This document shows, piece by piece, positions 61,765-64,000 of a stretch of 64,000 bases of DNA; position 1 is the first letter of the stretch, and each line of letters opens with the position of its first letter. This stretch comes from Perna viridis (lineage: Eukaryota), in assembly GCA_037379345.1 (NCBI GenBank), contig CM074513.1, forward strand, positions 37,196,885 to 37,260,884, in the 5' to 3' direction. The notes beneath the pieces were generated by a model. It did no database searches and was not told the origin of the DNA. It saw nothing but the letters and a program-made list of their open reading frames with translations. The position numbers and the translations under genes were made by a program.

Positions 61765-63638
61765 TTCTGACATATAGGCTTTTCTGTATATTTGTAATCT
61801 ATACATGAAAAGTTTACTTTCCATTCACATTAAATTCCTGCACTAATTGCTTCTGTTTGAATTAAAGTAACATTATTTTACGTTGTGAAATGAGGTAGAG
61901 GAGACTATTTTATAAAAGTGTGACTAATACTGTGTATGAAAACACAATATCTATTTTCACATTTCATTTAGAGTTTTTTTATGTTTCAGACTATAGAAAC
62001 TGATACTGCATCAGCAGCAGTGTCCTTCAAAATAGATGGCAATACTTACCTTGCCATAAGTAATACAGGCAATGTCAGGCGATACCAGGCAAAGTCCAGA
62101 ATTTATAAAGTCAACAGCTCAGGAACTTTAGTTGTTGTGAGTAATAAAAATATTATTTGCTTTGTTTGCTCTTATTTTAACATCTAAATAATCTTAACTC
62201 CTCGAAGGGTTAATGTTACTTTTAAATTATTGGATGGGTTAAAATGATGATTTTGCTAGCCTTGTGTTTTTCAATGCTAAAAGTGCTGTTTTATTTTAAT
62301 TTCTTCTATCAATGAGGAACTGACCAGTTGTTGAGATGATAGTTCTGGTCATTTTACATTGTAGCTCCAAGAACTATCAACATCAGGAGCCAAAGATGTA
62401 ACATACTTTTCCTCTGGAAATGACCATTTTCTTGTGTTAGTCAATTCAAAAGATAACAATGGTAACACTTTAGTACCAGTCGATATATTCAAATGGGACA
62501 AGTCAATTGGTATGTTTACATTTACACCATGGCAACAACTGACCAATCAGGGAGCAGAAGGAGTGGCTGTTTTTGAGATGGAGGGTGTGGTCTACATGGT
62601 TGTTGCTAATAACTACAACTCTGAGAAGAAAACTTACCTTGTTGAGTATGTTATACTTATAGATAACTTTTTACTATCTCCACAAGATTAATTTTCTATT
62701 AAACTGGACATGACCACTAATTTTTTTTATTTTTTAGCTCTATTATATACAAGTTGAATTCTAACCAAAAGTTCTCTGAGCACCAAAGAGTCAGAACAGA
62801 AGGAGCTATAGATGTTACTCATGTCCTGTTTAAATCTCTTAACCTACTGATGTTTGCCAATAATAGAGGGGATTCTATCAGTAGCCCACAGAAATCCTGG
62901 GTATACCGCTGGGACTCGACAACACAGATGTTCTTTAAACACAGTGATTTAGATACATATAGAGTAGAAGATGTAGAAGTTCTTATGGGAGGTGATGGCA
63001 TTGGTAGGAATCTTTGATGTATATTGTTTTATCACAGATTATAAAAAAGAAGATATCATTTGCCTTCAATCAGTTCACAAGATTTTAAATTAAAAGTTCA
63101 TTTTCTCTGATTATCAATACCTAGTGGGTATTTTTGTAAGGGAGCTTATTTTGATAATTGGAGCAGTCTATGCAAAAATCGGAAAAATAATTCCTCAAAA
63201 TAATTGCCCTGGCTTAAGTACTTATCACACTAATTAGCACCAAAATTAAAAATGCTAATCCCCCAAAAAATTACCTTACATCATACTTTTGTCAATTGAA
63301 ACTACTATCACATATGGAATAAAGTTTTCTGTCCAAATAAAGCATTTCTGTGTGAAATATTAGCTTTATTAAATATAAAAACTATGTTTTATTGCCTTGA
63401 TTTCAGCATACCTGATAGTCTCCAACAGTATTGGGAATTCTGAAATTTTCTCATGGCATGCACAAGACCAGAAGTTTATCTCGATGTGGACTGGACCACC
63501 AACCACCAACATGGTACCTGTTCTGATTCCTCAGACTTCTGGACCTTTACCATTGGTTGCCATTGGTAGTATAGGGGCTGCCCAGAATGTCACTCTTTAC
63601 CAGTTAGTGAAGACTAAAGATAGTGACTTTTCACCAAG
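20967..63638 (+). CDS. ADGRV1: Adhesion G-protein coupled receptor V1 (VLGR1/GPR98), N-terminal ~3,600 aa in 55 coding exons; gene continues beyond the window
   Basis: Signal peptide MLDRIIVFILMTVHVSG, then many Calx-beta repeats (DD.PE..E.F...L, I..ND.P.G.F motifs), a LamG/pentraxin domain (DGQWHHILVT, GYLQDVRIY) and EAR/EPTP repeats near residue ~3,200 onward. This order matches ADGRV1. Summed exon length of 10,796 nt is phase-consistent throughout. Confidence 0.93.
21558..21806 (+). CDS. ADGRV1: ADGRV1 exon 2 (Calx-beta)
   Basis: AG/GT; DDSLPEVEETF...ANDDAYGVFGF. Confidence 0.9.
22044..22142 (+). CDS. ADGRV1: ADGRV1 exon 3
   Basis: AG/GT; RVGRDRGTNGQVTVTYV. Confidence 0.88.
22388..22513 (+). 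CDS. ADGRV1: ADGRV1 exon 4
   Basis: AG/GT; GDITPKSGVLTFQPEE. Confidence 0.88.
23240..23610. mobile_element. Dispersed foldback element, copy 1
   Basis: similar over its whole length to 54167-54546; contains a ~175-bp imperfect hairpin (23429-23603). Confidence 0.75.
24307..24429 (+). CDS. ADGRV1: ADGRV1 exon 5
   Basis: AG/GT; IPENNEEFTLRL...ANDAPIRF. Confidence 0.88.
24708..25490 (+). CDS. ADGRV1: ADGRV1 exon 6 (two Calx-beta repeats)
   Basis: AG/GT; includes the coding part of ORF 24804..25607. Confidence 0.92.
25684..25701 (+). CDS. ADGRV1: ADGRV1 candidate 18-nt microexon (ETAPPP), not counted among the 55
   Basis: tttttttcctag|GAGACAGCACCACCACCG|gtaagt; phase 0-0. Confidence 0.55.
26821..26929 (+). 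CDS. ADGRV1: ADGRV1 exon 7
   Basis: AG/GT; NPRHLQLTMRRAGHNQGSVRIN. Confidence 0.85.
27668..27811 (+). CDS. ADGRV1: ADGRV1 exon 8
   Basis: AG/GT; phase 1-1; SSAFLSVGGKFTATLTGVDL. Confidence 0.85.
27805..28520. repeat. 37/42-bp minisatellite seeded at the exon 8 donor site
   Basis: unit aatactggtaagttctgtaaagaccttcagtcctacc, about 14 units plus longer degenerate units at the 3' end. Confidence 0.92.
28733..28881 (+). CDS. ADGRV1: ADGRV1 exon 9
   Basis: AG/GT; QANGEIGFQN...VSEPE. Confidence 0.87.
29053..29191 (+). CDS. ADGRV1: ADGRV1 exon 10
   Basis: AG/GT; LSREGTSGQATISWSL. Confidence 0.88.
29486..29700 (+). CDS. ADGRV1: ADGRV1 exon 11
   Basis: AG/GT; PDDVPELSEE...ENDNPGGTFQF. Confidence 0.9.
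29960..31253 (+). mobile_element. 5'-truncated, pseudogenised Penelope-like retroelement (Naiad-type) reverse transcriptase plus 3' tail
   Basis: One reading frame with RT motifs YDFSTLYTSIPH, GIPMGTNCAPLLADLFL, FRYIDD and LYDKRDDFSF. Premature stops TAA 30156-30158 and TAG 30423-30425; terminal stop at 30971 with no C-terminal GIY-YIG. Confidence 0.85.
31838..32026 (+). CDS. ADGRV1: ADGRV1 exon 12
   Basis: AG/GT; EGSAPIDIVVTRSGG...ADGVPE. Confidence 0.9.
32571..32721 (+). CDS. ADGRV1: ADGRV1 exon 13
   Basis: AG/GT; ENDNPYGLILF. Confidence 0.9.
33206..33402 (+). CDS. ADGRV1: ADGRV1 exon 14
   Basis: AG/GT; RSKGSFGSVSVSW. Confidence 0.9.
34173..34296 (+). CDS. ADGRV1: ADGRV1 exon 15
   Basis: AG/GT; IPEGAENFTIQLKNPTGGAILG. 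Confidence 0.9.
34908..35162 (+). CDS. ADGRV1: ADGRV1 exon 16
   Basis: AG/GT; EDDLPEGNETFYIE. Confidence 0.9.
35497..35626 (+). CDS. ADGRV1: ADGRV1 exon 17
   Basis: AG/GT; ILANDEAYGVFRF. Confidence 0.87.
35843..36066 (+). CDS. ADGRV1: ADGRV1 exon 18
   Basis: AG/GT; RDRGAFGEVEVSW. Confidence 0.9.
36353..36576 (+). CDS. ADGRV1: ADGRV1 exon 19
   Basis: AG/GT; EESDDPYGRFAF. Confidence 0.9.
36735..37010. repeat. 25-bp minisatellite
   Basis: unit aaatgttatccccacaaaaaccaca/ccatg, about 11 copies. Confidence 0.9.
37153..37309 (+). CDS. ADGRV1: ADGRV1 exon 20
   Basis: AG/GT; VVWEFYTD...VMYFTG. Confidence 0.85.
37874..38969. mobile_element. Helentron-associated non-autonomous element (HINE/pearl-like) with internal tandem repeats
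   Basis: T-rich insertion site; subterminal inverted repeats GCTCACCT / AGGTGAGC; 3' palindrome AGGCTCC-T-GGGAGCCT followed by CTTGTT; internal ~326-bp direct repeat and ~61-bp units x4 (38595-38830). Confidence 0.78.
39038..39255 (+). CDS. ADGRV1: ADGRV1 exon 21 (LamG/pentraxin)
   Basis: AG/GT; YSISAWIQP...YIVAK. Confidence 0.9.
39661..39785 (+). CDS. ADGRV1: ADGRV1 exon 22 (LamG/pentraxin)
   Basis: AG/GT; DGQWHHILVTVDSGAVKFFLNG. Confidence 0.9.
40095..40240. repeat. 45-bp tandem repeat x3
   Basis: unit catgtctttaatgattacacatgtaggaattatctatgactttca. Confidence 0.9.
40300..40313. promoter_or_regulatory. Candidate RFX X-box in ADGRV1 intron 22
   Basis: GTTTCCATGACAAC matches the X-box consensus GTHNYY-AT-RRNAAC. 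Confidence 0.35.
40535..40663 (+). CDS. ADGRV1: ADGRV1 exon 23 (LamG/pentraxin)
   Basis: AG/GT; LYVGAIPPGNERFIGYLQDVRIYTRKL. Confidence 0.9.
40927..41133. repeat. 37-bp tandem repeat, about 5 copies
   Basis: unit caaaagtttgtttggtttttatactggtaatagtcta. Confidence 0.9.
41222..41436 (+). CDS. ADGRV1: ADGRV1 exon 24
   Basis: AG/GT; DLTPVSGYLSF...EEESSELFTIRL. Confidence 0.87.
41713..41948 (+). CDS. ADGRV1: ADGRV1 exon 25
   Basis: AG/GT; KSDNANGVF...GTITFPAGE. Confidence 0.9.
42510..42770 (+). CDS. ADGRV1: ADGRV1 exon 26
   Basis: AG/GT; DDDLPEIDEIF...NDHSNGVLQF. Confidence 0.9.
43133..43270 (+). CDS. ADGRV1: ADGRV1 exon 27
   Basis: AG/GT; VVRAQGTAGYVTVEWRTTDGTA. Confidence 0.9.
43622..43878 (-). 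CDS. C-type lectin coding exon 2
   Basis: ORF 43622..43891 (-), acceptor atttcag; QPN and WND motifs. Confidence 0.9.
43622..46641 (-). CDS. Nested secreted coiled-coil C-type lectin (two coding exons, 46641-45990 and 43878-43622; ~302 aa from the first ATG)
   Basis: Signal peptide (MCLVNIFLLVTLSLLSHG), RLKR site, coiled coil, then a C-type lectin domain CPAGF...CY...TWYEANEYC...LVAL joined (G|gtcagt ... tttcag|GC, phase 1) to WWTSG...WAPNQPND...NCV...WNDEIC...FVCE. Confidence 0.9.
45686..45856. mobile_element. Degenerate Tc1/mariner-pogo-type MITE
   Basis: TAGTAAAACCTG ... CAGCTTTTACTGTA imperfect terminal inverted repeats; related fragments at ~23720-23865 and ~51350-51425 (aagaccacctgt motif). 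Confidence 0.5.
45990..46641 (-). CDS. C-type lectin coding exon 1
   Basis: ORF 45982..46641 (-), donor gtcagt starting at 45989. Confidence 0.88.
47849..48121 (+). CDS. ADGRV1: ADGRV1 exon 28
   Basis: AG/GT; DNNKPETDKTFYVQL. Confidence 0.9.
48316..48519 (+). CDS. ADGRV1: ADGRV1 exon 29
   Basis: AG/GT; ADTLPELDESY. Confidence 0.9.
48790..48913 (+). CDS. ADGRV1: ADGRV1 exon 30
   Basis: AG/GT; ILANDDPYGLFVF. Confidence 0.9.
49521..49805 (+). CDS. ADGRV1: ADGRV1 exon 31
   Basis: AG/GT; DDTDPENDESFYV. Confidence 0.9.
50496..50668 (+). CDS. ADGRV1: ADGRV1 exon 32
   Basis: AG/GT; SNDIANGVLEL...RRGGTFGQ. Confidence 0.9.
50878..51142 (+). CDS. ADGRV1: ADGRV1 exon 33
   Basis: AG/GT; NDNVPESNETF. 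Confidence 0.9.
51588..51716 (+). CDS. ADGRV1: ADGRV1 exon 34
   Basis: AG/GT; RTGGSSGVVTVTW. Confidence 0.9.
51980..52098 (+). CDS. ADGRV1: ADGRV1 exon 35
   Basis: AG/GT; DISPVSGSV...PDDIPESQE. Confidence 0.9.
52485..52663 (+). CDS. ADGRV1: ADGRV1 exon 36
   Basis: AG/GT; ILPNDNPHGIVQF. Confidence 0.9.
53032..53206 (+). CDS. ADGRV1: ADGRV1 exon 37
   Basis: AG/GT; GGLFGRLRVSY. Confidence 0.88.
53303..53823. mobile_element. Degenerate HINE-like element with ~167-bp internal repeats
   Basis: GTCCCCT near the 5' end and AGGGGAC near the 3' end (inverted), a short (GT)n tract after the 5' end, a direct repeat of period ~167 bp (53427 vs 53594), ends in CTTGTT. Confidence 0.5.
53907..54056 (+). 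CDS. ADGRV1: ADGRV1 exon 38 (Cys-rich PAN/apple-like)
   Basis: AG/GT; ACSKACIRSAACKAFEVSVSLKKCAWY. Confidence 0.88.
54167..54546. mobile_element. Dispersed foldback element, copy 2
   Basis: same orientation as the 23240-23610 copy; hairpin 54366-54539 with arms AATAGGATAAT...GAATAACCAAAATATTATCA...GATTTAACTAGTGCGCAGAA. Confidence 0.78.
54709..55084 (+). CDS. ADGRV1: ADGRV1 exon 39
   Basis: AG/GT; GDNLPELDEKF...ENDNAFGEF. Confidence 0.9.
55367..55492 (+). CDS. ADGRV1: ADGRV1 exon 40 (probable GC donor)
   Basis: GNLGDVSIDW...TLQFSSGAARK; phase requires donor gcaagt at 55493. Confidence 0.8.
55657..55842 (+). CDS. ADGRV1: ADGRV1 exon 41
   Basis: AG/GT; DDNDPELNKT...ENDNVGG. Confidence 0.9.
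56081..56220 (+). CDS. ADGRV1: ADGRV1 exon 42
   Basis: AG/GT; RRSSAHGTVMVDW. Confidence 0.88.
56701..56800 (+). CDS. ADGRV1: ADGRV1 exon 43
   Basis: AG/GT; QDNKPEVTEEYQVLL. Confidence 0.88.
57159..57338 (+). CDS. ADGRV1: ADGRV1 exon 44
   Basis: AG/GT; SSNYPHGLLQF. Confidence 0.9.
58023..58280 (+). CDS. ADGRV1: ADGRV1 exon 45
   Basis: AG/GT; DDTTPELNEAF. Confidence 0.9.
58250..58872. repeat. 66/69-bp minisatellite spanning the exon 45 / intron junction, 9 copies
   Basis: unit ctctgttatctaatatgcctcctcagcttg|gt(a/t)tgttct..gaatttcttcttttgattgagttct. Confidence 0.92.
59188..59272 (+). CDS. ADGRV1: ADGRV1 exon 46
   Basis: AG/GT; ISANDGTKGVVSF. Confidence 0.88.
59704..59848 (+). CDS. ADGRV1: ADGRV1 exon 47
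   Basis: AG/GT; RDQGTFGDITV. Confidence 0.9.
60114..60255 (+). CDS. ADGRV1: ADGRV1 exon 48
   Basis: AG/GT; NDDIPEPDEIFEVIL. Confidence 0.9.
60556..60794 (+). CDS. ADGRV1: ADGRV1 exon 49
   Basis: AG/GT; ILANDDSSGHFSF...RGPGVYGTV. Confidence 0.9.
60959..61143 (+). CDS. ADGRV1: ADGRV1 exon 50
   Basis: AG/GT; DDIEPEQVERF...NDSPNGLIQ. Confidence 0.9.
61373..61730 (+). CDS. ADGRV1: ADGRV1 exon 51 (Calx-beta to start of EAR/EPTP region)
   Basis: AG/GT; RSQGTDGKVTV...STIFRWQGELIPVQ. Confidence 0.9.
61732..61760. repeat. (TA)n microsatellite directly at the exon 51 donor
   Basis: gtatatatatatatatatatatatatatat. Confidence 0.9.
61990..62136 (+). CDS. ADGRV1: ADGRV1 exon 52 (EAR/EPTP)
   Basis: AG/GT; FKIDGNTYLAISN...SRIYK. 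Confidence 0.9.
62365..62645 (+). CDS. ADGRV1: ADGRV1 exon 53 (EAR/EPTP)
   Basis: AG/GT; QELSTSGAKDV...DIFKWD...YMVVAN. Confidence 0.9.
62738..63003 (+). CDS. ADGRV1: ADGRV1 exon 54 (EAR/EPTP)
   Basis: AG/GT; HQRVRTEGAIDV...SWVYRWD. Confidence 0.9.
63407..63638 (+). CDS. ADGRV1: ADGRV1 exon 55 (EAR/EPTP end)
   Basis: AG/GT; YLIVSNSIGNSEIFSW. Confidence 0.88.
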
Positions 63639-64000
63639 GTAGTCGAATCCGCATTTACTTGTGTATTGTTCAAGAGGTTCATTCATTCACTGATTTCATA
63701 TCCTTTAATTCTCTTAATCATAAAACTAATTATCAGAGATTTCTTCTTATTCTTGTCCACCAAATTAACATGCTATCAAATTTGTCAATTAGCAAGAAAT
63801 ATTTTATGTAAAGGATAGATAGCAAGGTCAATATATATATATTTGCAAATTTCTATTTATTCATAAACTGTGAAAGTACTATTGTTCATGGGGTACCAAT
63901 TTTTGTGGTTTTTGTGGGTAGACCAAACCATGAAATTTGGTTCCCAATAAAAAGGAGAATCCCATTGATGTGTATACTGGAAACCTCATAACAACAAAAT

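Overview
AT-rich animal genomic DNA with spliceosomal introns; the repeat types suggest a bivalve, probably an oyster (inference). The window has three protein-coding loci, with exons read by hand from splice sites and reading-frame phase. (1) The 3' end of a FRMD3/FRMD5-type FERM gene (+ strand, 475-11609) with a FERM C-lobe, FERM-adjacent region, acidic tail, C-terminal transmembrane helix and two candidate 27-nt microexons. (2) The 5' part of a very large adhesion GPCR gene, ADGRV1/VLGR1/GPR98 (+ strand, ATG at 20967). Its 55 phase-consistent coding exons (about 10.8 kb, about 3,600 aa) encode a signal peptide, many Calx-beta repeats, a LamG/pentraxin domain, a PAN/apple-like module and EAR/EPTP repeats; the gene runs off the window end. 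(3) A two-exon secreted coiled-coil C-type lectin gene nested antisense in ADGRV1 intron 27. Introns and the putative 3' UTR hold a decayed Penelope-like (Naiad-type) reverse transcriptase with a structured 3' tail, Helentron-associated (HINE-like) elements, a Kolobok-type MITE, two copies of a foldback element and several minisatellites. Two of the minisatellites were seeded from ADGRV1 exon/intron junctions and multiply 5' splice sites.
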